A program made the position numbers and the translations under genes. A stretch of 55,421 nucleotides of DNA from Deinococcales bacterium (lineage in GTDB: Bacteria > Deinococcota > Deinococci > Deinococcales > JAAFIG01): positions 1 to 55,421 of the forward strand of contig JAYWGM010000004.1 of NCBI GenBank assembly GCA_043778225.1. Reading direction: 5' to 3'. Of this stretch, positions 10,123 to 18,541 are shown piece by piece. Under the pieces are notes generated by a model that was given only the letters and a program-made list of their open reading frames with translations, was not told where the DNA came from and ran no database searches. How positions within the stretch are numbered: the first letter of the stretch is position 1; every line of letters starts with the position of its first letter.

Positions 10123-11142
10123 TTAGCTACTCGAACGTTCCACAGCCGATTCACGCATCAGTTCGCCCAACCGAGACAAACACCGAGCATATTTTTTGGC
10201 ATAACCACCAAAGCGGTACGAGGCTGGGAATAATTCCTCGAGTGCCACGCCAGACAGACTCAGGAGTATTTCTCGGTCATAGAGCTTATCCACAAAATGC
10301 ACAAAGCGCAGGGCATCGTCTTGTTTTTCTATCGGAGCTAATCCTTCCAGAAATACCGCATTTAACCCCTCGAGCAACTTATTAAAACGAATCGGATGCA
10401 AGCGCCCAAGATGGGTCAGTAAATCCCCGAATGTCTCGAGGGCAACCTCCCCTGTCGCATTCTCGAAAGCATGATGCAACTGCACACTCGAGCAGGGTTC
10501 AGGGGCGATTAAACCAGCCCGATGCCGATAATCCGCGCCATCCAAACGGTAGGATAGAAAACGATTGGCGATGCCCTGAATTTCGCGCTTGAAATCGTCG
10601 GCATTAAAACGACCCTCGCCCAGTTGCTCGGGCAGGGTGTTGCTGGTCGTGACGACTCGAGTGCCACGTGGAATCAGTTCGCCAAGAAACCTCGAGACCA
10701 CTAAAGTATTGCCAACATCATCGAGTTCAAATTCGTCTATGCAGAGTAATTTAGCTTGCCCAAAGGCTTCAACGGCTCGAGTCATACCAAGCGCACCAAT
10801 GGCAAAAGTAAGTTCGGCAAAACTTAAAAAAAACTTTGTGCCGCTAAATTCGTGCCATGTGGCTGCCAGCAAATGCGTTTTGCCAACACCAAAACCGCCA
10901 TCCAAATAAAAACTCGAGGCTGGGACTGGTTTTTTGAACAACCCGAGCAAACTTTTAGGGGCAGCACCTTGCTGCACAAACGCCTCGAGTTGGGAACGAA
11001 CTTGGGCTTGGCTTGGAAAAGCCATATTTGGATTGTAATTGTTAAAACGCACCTCAGAAAATCGTTTAGGCGGAGCAAATCCCTCGAGCATCGCTTCGGG
11101 TTTTACCTCCTCATTTCGAGTTGTTAAATGCACCACAGTCAC
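10123..11142 (-). CDS. zapE: Cell division ATPase ZapE (AFG1 family)
   Basis: YLDGGFGVGKTHLL, LCIDEFE, TTSNTLP, FVHFVDKLYD and RCLSRL motifs. Confidence 0.92.
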   Translation of the reverse strand: MTVVHLTTRNEEVKPEAMLEGFAPPKRFSEVRFNNYNPNMAFPSQAQVRSQLEAFVQQGAAPKSLLGLFKKPVPASSFYLDGGFGVGKTHLLAATWHEFSGTKFFLSFAELTFAIGALGMTRAVEAFGQAKLLCIDEFELDDVGNTLVVSRFLGELIPRGTRVVTTSNTLPEQLGEGRFNADDFKREIQGIANRFLSYRLDGADYRHRAGLIAPEPCSSVQLHHAFENATGEVALETFGDLLTHLGRLHPIRFNKLLEGLNAVFLEGLAPIEKQDDALRFVHFVDKLYDREILLSLSGVALEELFPASYRFGGYAKKYARCLSRLGELMRESAVERSSS

Positions 11143-11158
11143 AGCTTTTTAGCATAAC

Positions 11159-11186
11159 AAAAAAGCGCCCGAGATTTCTCGAGCGC
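11159..11186 (-). terminator. Intrinsic terminator of rpmI-rplT
   Basis: Minus strand GCGCTCGAGAAATCTCGGGCGC hairpin followed by T6, just after the rplT stop. Confidence 0.8.
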
Positions 11187-11202
11187 CAGCTTACAAAATG
11201 AT

Positions 11203-11559
11203 TTAGGCGTGGGCTTGCTTAGCGGTTGCCACCAGTTGCTCGAACATGGCGGGTTCACGCACCGCAATATCTGCCAGCATCTTACGGTCAACTTCGACAT
11301 TGGCTTTTTTAAGACCATTGATAAAGACGCTGTAGCTCATGCCATGAATCCGAGTGGCAGCGTTAATACGCTGAATCCACAAACGCCTAAAATCACGCTT
11401 TTTGTTACGACGGTCGCGGTACGAGTATGTTGCTGCATTCAAAAGCGTCTGCGAGGCGTTCTTGTAGTTCTTAGAGCGGCTGCCCCAAAAACCCTTGGCT
11501 CGCTTGAGGATTACTTTGTGACGACGACGACGGACAATACCGGTCTTTGCGCGTGGCAT
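11203..11559 (-). CDS. rplT: 50S ribosomal protein L20
   Basis: [15 protein letters not shown]...[22 protein letters not shown]. Confidence 0.99.
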   Translation of the reverse strand: MPRAKTGIVRRRRHKVILKRAKGFWGSRSKNYKNASQTLLNAATYSYRDRRNKKRDFRRLWIQRINAATRIHGMSYSVFINGLKKANVEVDRKMLADIAVREPAMFEQLVATAKQAHA

Positions 11560-11762
11560 TATTTACCTCCGTAAGGAATCATGCGAATCACACGTTCTTG
11601 GTCGGCATCGGCAAGCACATAAGCCCTACCTTTACCGCGAATTTCGTCACCGCTTTTATGATGCGAAAGATGGCGTTTGCCAGCCTTCCAAGCCATTGCC
11701 TTGCCCGTCCCCGTGATTTTAATACGGCTGGTGGCAACCTTTCTGGTCTTCAACTTACCCAT
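11559..11762 (-). CDS. rpmI: 50S ribosomal protein L35
   Basis: [21 protein letters not shown]...RHL...MIPY; ATG at 11762 with GGAGG RBS; TAATG overlap with rplT. Confidence 0.96.
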   Translation of the reverse strand: MGKLKTRKVATSRIKITGTGKAMAWKAGKRHLSHHKSGDEIRGKGRAYVLADADQERVIRMIPYGGK

Positions 11763-11833
11763 AATTTCCCTCCGCTCGAGAAGTTTGCAGTTTGGGTTAA
11801 ACCAAACGCGAGTTCTGAGATTGGCGATGGACG

Positions 11834-12526
11834 ATGCCACACTTAAAGCCAACCCGCTACGAGCTTTGGAAGAGTAACAAAGAAATAACAAAAGTGCAAG
11901 GGCAAAATAAAGATGCCACGTCTCATGATAAGGTAATTAGCGACGTGACCACACTTTTTGCCGAAACAATCGAATCCGTGCTAAATGAACTAGAAACACA
12001 AGCCATTCTCGAAATTCTGATCAAAATTGAAATCAGCCATTGGTTAGAACAAAATCCATTTAAGCACCTTGCGTTTGTCAAAAAAGCCTATTTGAACCAA
12101 ACAGAAGTTAATGGATGGTACAGCTACGAAACTCGAGTCTGCGAAGTAAGCACAAGTCGCTCTAAGCATGAATACACGCAAAATCTCAATTGGGGCAAAA
12201 CAGATAAATTAAGCCAAACAGCACGCACAGAACAAGAAGCCATACAATTTACTTTGCTCCACGAAACAGGACACCACATCCACGCCATTTTACAAGAACG
12301 AAATTTACTGATGTATAACCTTACACTGCGGGCAACACGCACCAATGCTGTGAGTAATTACGCAAAAACACCATTACGCCCTCGAGAGTATTTTGCAGAG
12401 ACATTCGTAGCTTGGGTGCTGTACCGCACAGAATTATTGGTTCACGATGGGTTAGGATATGGTATAATTGAGAGGGCGCTCAAAGCATTAGCGCTTAAAG
12501 TGAGGGAATATGACTTTGGTTCTTGA
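11834..12526 (+). CDS. Putative zinc metallopeptidase (HExxH, lethal-factor/MPTase-like); true start probably downstream of 11834
   Basis: TLLHETGHHIH followed by SNYAK...REYFAETF; AT-rich. Confidence 0.6.
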   Translation: MPHLKPTRYELWKSNKEITKVQGQNKDATSHDKVISDVTTLFAETIESVLNELETQAILEILIKIEISHWLEQNPFKHLAFVKKAYLNQTEVNGWYSYETRVCEVSTSRSKHEYTQNLNWGKTDKLSQTARTEQEAIQFTLLHETGHHIHAILQERNLLMYNLTLRATRTNAVSNYAKTPLRPREYFAETFVAWVLYRTELLVHDGLGYGIIERALKALALKVREYDFGS

Positions 12527-12743
12527 CACAAAATATACACAAGCAGAACTCGAGAAAATTGGCATTGAATTTGCCTTATCTATTTCCGCTGGAACACTGA
12601 CACAAGCTCGGTATGACGAAATTATTAACATTGCTGCCAGTCATCAAACAATGCCTGAAGCCCTCTTAGGACTGATTATGGATGGTCGTTCTGAATGGCA
12701 AGAAAAGCATTTGAAGCGATTTAGTTACCGCGTTGAAAAATAA
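12510..12743 (+). CDS. Small hypothetical protein coupled to the metallopeptidase ORF
   Basis: 77-aa ORF with GAGG RBS, overlapping the upstream stop. Confidence 0.55.
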   Translation: MTLVLDTKYTQAELEKIGIEFALSISAGTLTQARYDEIINIAASHQTMPEALLGLIMDGRSEWQEKHLKRFSYRVEK

Positions 12744-12764
12744 ATAATATCAAAATAAATTTCA

Positions 12765-13250
12765 CTAACCAAGAAAGCGTAAATTCAAATCCCTTGAGAG
12801 ACCGAAATGTGGGTTTTCGAGCGCTTGACTCTCACAATAATACTCTTGCCCAAGATGTAGATTGAATGAATCACGAAGAAAATTTGTTGGTCGAATATAT
12901 CTCTCGAACTCTTTTTCTAAATAGTAAAGTGTAGTGTTATAAACGTATAAAGATGGTGGTTCTTGAATGTTTAACTCGCATAGCAAGACCTCGATAGAAC
13001 TAGGGATTTGTACTTGAAGCATTTTATCTTTATCAGTTGAAATGAGCGGTAAATGTAGATGAACGACTTTGCCATTTGTACTCGAAGAATTCAGTGCCAC
13101 ACCTAAAAGCTGCACTGATTCATCTATAACTTCTTGAGCGGATAATTTAGGGTAATTCTCGAGAAAAACATCAATGTGTTTATCGATGCAAACTTGATTC
13201 TCTAGCCTCGAGATATTTTCGTCTAACCACGATTCGATTTTTAATGGCAT
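12765..13250 (-). CDS. Hypothetical acidic protein (AT-rich)
   Basis: 161-aa ORF starting 9 nt after the purL stop with an AAGGA RBS. Confidence 0.6.
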   Translation of the reverse strand: MPLKIESWLDENISRLENQVCIDKHIDVFLENYPKLSAQEVIDESVQLLGVALNSSSTNGKVVHLHLPLISTDKDKMLQVQIPSSIEVLLCELNIQEPPSLYVYNTTLYYLEKEFERYIRPTNFLRDSFNLHLGQEYYCESQALENPHFGLSRDLNLRFLG

Positions 13251-13259
13251 AGAAATCCT

Positions 13260-16200
13260 TTACAATTGCTTTAACGCATTTTGAAATAAAGTCAACCCAC
13301 TGCGTCCGCGCTCACCACGGTGATAACGTGGATGTTGCCAATCAAAAATATGATTTTCTGGGTGTGGCATTAAACCAAGCACATTGCCAGCCGCATTGGT
13401 AATCCCCGCAATGCTCGAGAGGCTGCCATTGGGGTTGGCTGGGTACTCAAGCCCTGAGTAACGCAGTGCCACCAGATTATTGTCCTCGAGATGCGCCAAG
13501 GTTACCGCGTCGCACAAGAAACGACCTTCACCATGCGCGATTGGGGTATCCAGACCATCCTCGAGACCAGCCAGCCAGAAACTGCTCGAGTTTTGGTTCG
13601 CCTCGAGTGTTACCCAACGGCACTCAAAATGACCCTGAGCGTTATAGGTCAAGGTTGAAGTTCTGGGTTCGACATGACCGGGCAGCACACCAGCTTTGAC
13701 CAATGTTTGAAAACCATTGCAAATACCCAGCACGGGCTTACCACTGGCAACAAAATTCTCGAGTTGCTCGCCAAGGCGTTCGCGCAAAGCAAGCGCCCAC
13801 ATCACACCCGCGCCGAGGTCATCGCCATAAGAAAAACCACCGGGGACAATTAGAAGACCATAATCCTCGAGTTTGCGCGTCCCAGCAAAAAGCTGATTCA
13901 AATGCACGATTTCTGGGTTGCCACCGGCTAATTCTATGGCGAGGGCTGCATCGTGGTCTCGGTTTGTGCCGTTGGCATGAATGATGATTGTTTTGGTTTT
14001 TGTAGGGACAGACCCCTGTGTCTGTCTTGCCTTTGCTTCACGCAAGGGCGAGGGCGAGGCAAGCGACCCAAGCCCGCGAGCGACCACGCCCGTCAGGTGC
14101 GCGTTTGTGGTCAAGAGAGGTGCTGTTGTAGGGTCAAGAAGCCCCGCCCCTACGGTTGGAACAGGGGTTGGGGCGATTTCGTCACGCCATGCCATCTCGA
14201 GGACATCAATCGGACATTGAATGACTTCATCCATACCCCATAAAGCGTTAAATTCTGGTTCGGCAGTGACGATTCCAATTTGCGACAAGGCAATTCCAGC
14301 AAACAGTGCCTCGAGTTGGGTTTTATGGTCTGGGCGCACCTCGAGAATAATTCTGCCAGCCGTCTCACTAAATAAAATAAGCTGTTGCTCGAGATTATTG
14401 GCGACCTCGAGTAAATTCCATGAGACACCAAGTCGTCCTGATAGTGCCATTTCTGCTAGGGCAACCGCTAAACCGCCTTCGGAACAGTCATGAGCGCTTT
14501 GCACCCAACCGTTTTGAATTGCATTGTGCAAAGCACGGTAACGCTCAAGCGGTTTCTGCACAGGTTGTGGTACAGTTCCACCCTCGAGATTATGAATAAT
14601 GGCATAATGACTTGCGCCCAGTTCATCTCGAGTTTCACCCAGCAGATAGACCAAGTTCCCCGCAGATTTCAAATCCATTGTGACAGTTTTTGTTGCGTCT
14701 GGTACAATTCCGATTGCACTGATTAAAAGCGTTCCTGGAATGGCATGTTTATTGCCATCCTCATCGGTATATTCATTATACAAACTGTCCTTGCCCGAAA
14801 CAAACGGCGTGCCGTAAGCAAGCGCCGCGTCATAACAAGCACGAGAGGTCTCGAGCAGGCTGCCTAAGCGGTCTGGTAGGGTTGGATTGCCCCAACAAAA
14901 ATTGTCAAGAATTGCAATTTGGTCTGGGTTCGCTCCGACACACACAGCATTTCGGACTGCTTCGTCTATTGCCGCCCACGTCATGGCATATGGGTCGGAA
15001 ATTCCAAATTGCGGACAGATACCATTGGAAATCGCAATCGCTTTTTTGGACTTGCCGGGATTTGGCACGATGACTGCCGCATCTGAAGGTCCATGATGAG
15101 CAGCGCCAACCAACGGACGAATGGCAGTACCGCCCTTAATTTCATGGTCAAAAAGACGAATTATTTTTTCTCGAGAGCGGATGTTCGGGTGCGCCAAAAG
15201 GTTAAGCAAATCAATTTCAGGGTCAATTTCTCTAGGGTCGCGCTCGGTTAAGGGAGCAGTTACAGGAACAAGTACAGCAGCTTTTAATTGACGTTGTGGA
15301 ATACCTTCATGGAGAAACTCGAGGTCAAGTTCACCAACGACTTTTTTATCGTGGGTTAAGACCAATCGTCTCGAGTCTGTGAATTCACCAAGGTTGACCA
15401 GTTCAACATCTTGCGAATCGCATAGGGCTTGTAAGCGCGGCAGGTTGGCACTGCAAACACTTAGCACCATGCGTTCTTGGGCTTCGGATAACCAGATTTC
15501 CCACGGACGCAGACCGGGGTATTTAAGCAATACTTTCTCGAGGCGAATGTATGCGCCCAAGTCCTTGCCCATTTCACCAACGGCACTGCTAAATCCACCC
15601 GCGCCACAATCGGTCATGGCGGTATACAGCCCTTCGGCTTTGGCACGAAGAATCACTTCCTGAGTTTGTTTTTCGGTAATCGGCTGCCCAATTTGCACAC
15701 TGGTACTGGCAATTTCGGAAGTGCTACTGTCCATCTCGAGACTCGAGAAAGTCGCACCACGCAGACCATCCCGCCCAGTCCGCCCGCCAATCGCAATAAT
15801 GTAGTCCCCAGCTTGTGCCTCGAGTGGCTTGGCATTTTTAACCGAGGCTGGCAGAATACCAACGCAACCACAATACACAAGTGGATTAGCGATATAACCA
15901 TTGTGGTAAAAAACCGCTCCATTGACGGTTGGAATACCCATTTTGTTGCCGTAATCTTCGATACCACGCACCACGCCCTCTTGAATCCGACGCGGATGCA
16001 ACACACCATCAGGCACGGACTCCTGCTCGAGGTTGCCAAAGCACAACACATCCATATTCGCAATTGGTTTTGCGCCGAGTGCCAGCACATCACGAATTAC
16101 GCCACCGACACCGGTATTTGCCCCACCGAACGGCTCGAGGGCGCTTGGGTGATTATGGGTTTCGACTTTGACGGCAATATCAAAATCATCATCGAATTCG

Positions 16201-17024
16201 ATAATCCCAGCGTTATCCACAAAGGCAGAGCGCACCCACGATTTATTTAAGTCTTTGGTTGCCTTGGCAATAAAAGTTTTCAGCAAGCCATCCACCACTT
16301 CGCCTGTATTGGTTTCAATCCGCGCCCGAAAAGTTTTATGGACACAATGCTCTGACCACGTTTGGGCAATCATCTCGAGTTCGACATCGGCGGCTGGGCG
16401 GTTTTCGCGTTCGTAATAGGCTTTGACGGCTTGCATCTCGAGTAAATCCAGTGCTAGGCGGCGTTCTTTGGACACCTCGAGCAGACGTGTATCGGTTGCG
16501 CCGCGCAAGTCGGTGTACTCGACTTCGGCGCTGGAAAGGTTCGCGTGTTCAACAAATGGCGGGGTGATTTCTTGGTTTAGGGTGAAGCGCTCGATAACTT
16601 CGTTGGCACGTTCGTGGGCTAAGACTGTTAGTTCCTCGAGCGATATATTTTGGGCATACTCAAAGCGCTCACCAGTGGCAGCCGCCTCAAGCGGGATACC
16701 TAAAATTTTTGCTGCCTCGAGTAAGCTATCGGCGGCTGAATCAGTTACGCCAGCTTGGAGGGTGACTTCAAAGAACTCCCCCACTCGCGCTTCTTGACCC
16801 CAAAGATGCACCTTACGGGCTTGGGTCGCTTCGCTCGAGTTTCCCCCTCGTTGAGGGGGGTTAGTTTTAACGGTAAATGCTTCGGTCACAGGGTCACAGA
16901 GGACTTCACGGCATAGGCGTTCAACAGATGATTGCTCGAGGTTTTGGGCTTTGACAAAATACAATCTCGAGCGGTTGACCTCGAGAACATGGTGATTACG
17001 GATTTCGATTCGATATATGGACAT
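13260..17024 (-). CDS. purL: Phosphoribosylformylglycinamidine synthase, single-chain fusion of PurS-like N-domain, PurL and PurQ glutaminase
   Basis: QTWSEHCVHKTF, KVETHNHPSALEPFGGA, DCGAGG, SEAQERM, LDNFCWGNP; PurQ motifs GGFSYGD, LGICNGFQ and MPHPE. Confidence 0.97.
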   Translation of the reverse strand: MSIYRIEIRNHHVLEVNRSRLYFVKAQNLEQSSVERLCREVLCDPVTEAFTVKTNPPQRGGNSSEATQARKVHLWGQEARVGEFFEVTLQAGVTDSAADSLLEAAKILGIPLEAAATGERFEYAQNISLEELTVLAHERANEVIERFTLNQEITPPFVEHANLSSAEVEYTDLRGATDTRLLEVSKERRLALDLLEMQAVKAYYERENRPAADVELEMIAQTWSEHCVHKTFRARIETNTGEVVDGLLKTFIAKATKDLNKSWVRSAFVDNAGIIEFDDDFDIAVKVETHNHPSALEPFGGANTGVGGVIRDVLALGAKPIANMDVLCFGNLEQESVPDGVLHPRRIQEGVVRGIEDYGNKMGIPTVNGAVFYHNGYIANPLVYCGCVGILPASVKNAKPLEAQAGDYIIAIGGRTGRDGLRGATFSSLEMDSSTSEIASTSVQIGQPITEKQTQEVILRAKAEGLYTAMTDCGAGGFSSAVGEMGKDLGAYIRLEKVLLKYPGLRPWEIWLSEAQERMVLSVCSANLPRLQALCDSQDVELVNLGEFTDSRRLVLTHDKKVVGELDLEFLHEGIPQRQLKAAVLVPVTAPLTERDPREIDPEIDLLNLLAHPNIRSREKIIRLFDHEIKGGTAIRPLVGAAHHGPSDAAVIVPNPGKSKKAIAISNGICPQFGISDPYAMTWAAIDEAVRNAVCVGANPDQIAILDNFCWGNPTLPDRLGSLLETSRACYDAALAYGTPFVSGKDSLYNEYTDEDGNKHAIPGTLLISAIGIVPDATKTVTMDLKSAGNLVYLLGETRDELGASHYAIIHNLEGGTVPQPVQKPLERYRALHNAIQNGWVQSAHDCSEGGLAVALAEMALSGRLGVSWNLLEVANNLEQQLILFSETAGRIILEVRPDHKTQLEALFAGIALSQIGIVTAEPEFNALWGMDEVIQCPIDVLEMAWRDEIAPTPVPTVGAGLLDPTTAPLLTTNAHLTGVVARGLGSLASPSPLREAKARQTQGSVPTKTKTIIIHANGTNRDHDAALAIELAGGNPEIVHLNQLFAGTRKLEDYGLLIVPGGFSYGDDLGAGVMWALALRERLGEQLENFVASGKPVLGICNGFQTLVKAGVLPGHVEPRTSTLTYNAQGHFECRWVTLEANQNSSSFWLAGLEDGLDTPIAHGEGRFLCDAVTLAHLEDNNLVALRYSGLEYPANPNGSLSSIAGITNAAGNVLGLMPHPENHIFDWQHPRYHRGERGRSGLTLFQNALKQL
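14002..14155. repeat. REPIN-like doublet of GTAG-type REP hairpins, in frame in the PurL-PurQ linker, carrying two nested mini-elements
   Basis: GTAGGGACAGACCCCTGTGTCTGTC on + (14002) and CCGTAGGGGCGGGGC...TTGCCTCGCCC on - (14155 to 14052). The second matches the intergenic REP at 22212-22237. Confidence 0.85.
14063..14140 (-). mobile_element. Two 39-bp mini-elements, one (14080-14118) nested inside the other
   Basis: Outer copy with the inner removed: TTCTTGACCCTACAACAGCACCTCGCGGGCTTGGGTCGC. Inner copy: TCTCTTGACCACAAACGCGCACCTGACGGGCGTGGTCGC. Mobility is inferred. Confidence 0.75.
16791..16829 (+). mobile_element. 39-bp mini-element inside a REP-like hairpin (about 16774-16862), in frame in the purL 5' region
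   Basis: TTCTTGACCCCAAAGATGCACCTTACGGGCTTGGGTCGC. The flanking AACTCCCCC...CCCCCTC-N4-GAGGGGG resembles the intergenic hairpin at 30434-30475. Confidence 0.75.
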
Positions 17025-17058
17025 TTGATTTCTCCTCCAATGGATGTCTCGCTGGGCA

Positions 17059-17973
17059 TCATTGATTGGCTGGCGGGTTTTTAGGATTAAATCCGAGCGT
17101 ATTTAGATAAGAGGGAAAAACTTCCCAAGCTCCGAAAACATTGGCTTCTTCAGTGTTAAGTTTTGCGAGTAAACAAAAATTATAAATTGTTTGAGTATCC
17201 GAATGTTCTATGTCTATTTTTTCCAGAGCGAGAGAATAAATAAATGATTCTAGTGCCATTTGTGCTTCTCCAACCTCAAGCATAGATTGAACGTGTAACC
17301 TAGCATCTTGAGACATTTGTTTTGTATATTTTTCGCCGTCATTTTCTAAATACTGTTCAATTCTGCGAAATCGAATATGTGGATTTTCGAGAACTTTTCG
17401 AGTCGCTTCAATAATAATTTGATGTTCAGCTTCATGAACTCGAGATGCAAAAGACTCTAAGGTGTCGCCTTCTATGAACGGCACTTCTCGAGTCACAATT
17501 GGTTCTCCAGCATCTAATTCTGGAATCACATGATGCACCATACAACCCGACCTCGAGATTTTACCTTGTTGCCATGCTGCAAAAGCATCTTCGATGGCGT
17601 GAGCGCCAGCAAATTCGTTTGGTAAGGCAGGATGTAAGTTGATAATCCTACCTAAAAATGTTTGGCAAACCGCACCAGAATCAATGTGCATCCAACCCGC
17701 CAGCACAATTAAATCTGGGTTGTGTTGCTCGAGCATTTTAGCTAAATCTGTGTCGTATTCGGCTCGAGATTTACCAGCGTCTTTGTAGGGTTTTAGCGGA
17801 AAATACAGCGTAGGAATACCAGCGTTTTTTGCTCGCTCGAGACCAAATGCGGTTTTGCGATTTGAGACAACCAGCACAATTTCTGCCTCGAGTTGCCCAT
17901 TTTGGGTGGCATCAATCAGGGCTTGGAGATTTGTGCCAGCGCCAGAAATCAGGACAGCGATTCGGGGTTTCAT
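17059..17973 (-). CDS. purN: Phosphoribosylglycinamide formyltransferase with an unrelated C-terminal extension of about 105 aa
   Basis: IAVLISGAGTNLQALI, VLAGWM, INLHPALP, GCMVHHV, LDAG and EAEH motifs. PurN homology ends near aa 197. Confidence 0.93.
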   Translation of the reverse strand: MKPRIAVLISGAGTNLQALIDATQNGQLEAEIVLVVSNRKTAFGLERAKNAGIPTLYFPLKPYKDAGKSRAEYDTDLAKMLEQHNPDLIVLAGWMHIDSGAVCQTFLGRIINLHPALPNEFAGAHAIEDAFAAWQQGKISRSGCMVHHVIPELDAGEPIVTREVPFIEGDTLESFASRVHEAEHQIIIEATRKVLENPHIRFRRIEQYLENDGEKYTKQMSQDARLHVQSMLEVGEAQMALESFIYSLALEKIDIEHSDTQTIYNFCLLAKLNTEEANVFGAWEVFPSYLNTLGFNPKNPPANQ

Positions 17974-18524
17974 TCGTATTTCCGTTCAAACAAATTTGGG
18001 TAATTGGTCACAAATCCATTTGCATCTACGGTGATAACCGCCGTGAACTGACTTTCCAAACCTGTGAATTGGTATTCAAACTCGCTTAGTCGTTCATAAC
18101 GTTGAAGAGCAGTTCTCACTGTTAGTTTTGGACATTGCACGAATAAAACATTGATGTCTGCGCTTTGTCCTATCTCGAGGTTCAAACGACGAATTGGTAA
18201 GGTATTCGTAAACGGGGTACAACTGATGTCCAAATCGGTACAATTCGTCCATTCTCCTTCGTCATTGCCATAGAAATCACCACGCGACCAGCAGTCCTTT
18301 TGGTCACGATAAAACTTGTGTTCTTCGCCATACGGTAAATGACCAATCCGAAAATTTATTACTTGCCATTGATGATTGAGCCAGATGCGATAATGCAACT
18401 TAAAGGCTTCTCCATTCTCAATTCCAATCACAATCGAATCAACAAAAAGAGCATCCTTTTCTTCATCAAAAATCAGTGCTTCAAAGCCACTCTGCATTTT
18501 GGGCTGCCAGTACAAATGCTGCAT
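17970..18524 (-). CDS. Putative glycolipid-binding domain protein (DUF1089)
   Basis: CTDLDISCTPFTNTLPIRRL, QRYERL and ITVDANGFVTNYPNLF motifs. Confidence 0.85.
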   Translation of the reverse strand: MQHLYWQPKMQSGFEALIFDEEKDALFVDSIVIGIENGEAFKLHYRIWLNHQWQVINFRIGHLPYGEEHKFYRDQKDCWSRGDFYGNDEGEWTNCTDLDISCTPFTNTLPIRRLNLEIGQSADINVLFVQCPKLTVRTALQRYERLSEFEYQFTGLESQFTAVITVDANGFVTNYPNLFERKYE

Positions 18525-18541
18525 CTTTAAGACCTCTGTCC

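Noticed and set aside
11763..11900. Missing infC and a possible L20 leader upstream of rpmI
   Set aside because: Separation of infC from rpmI-rplT is not exceptional, and I could not verify a leader structure by eye.
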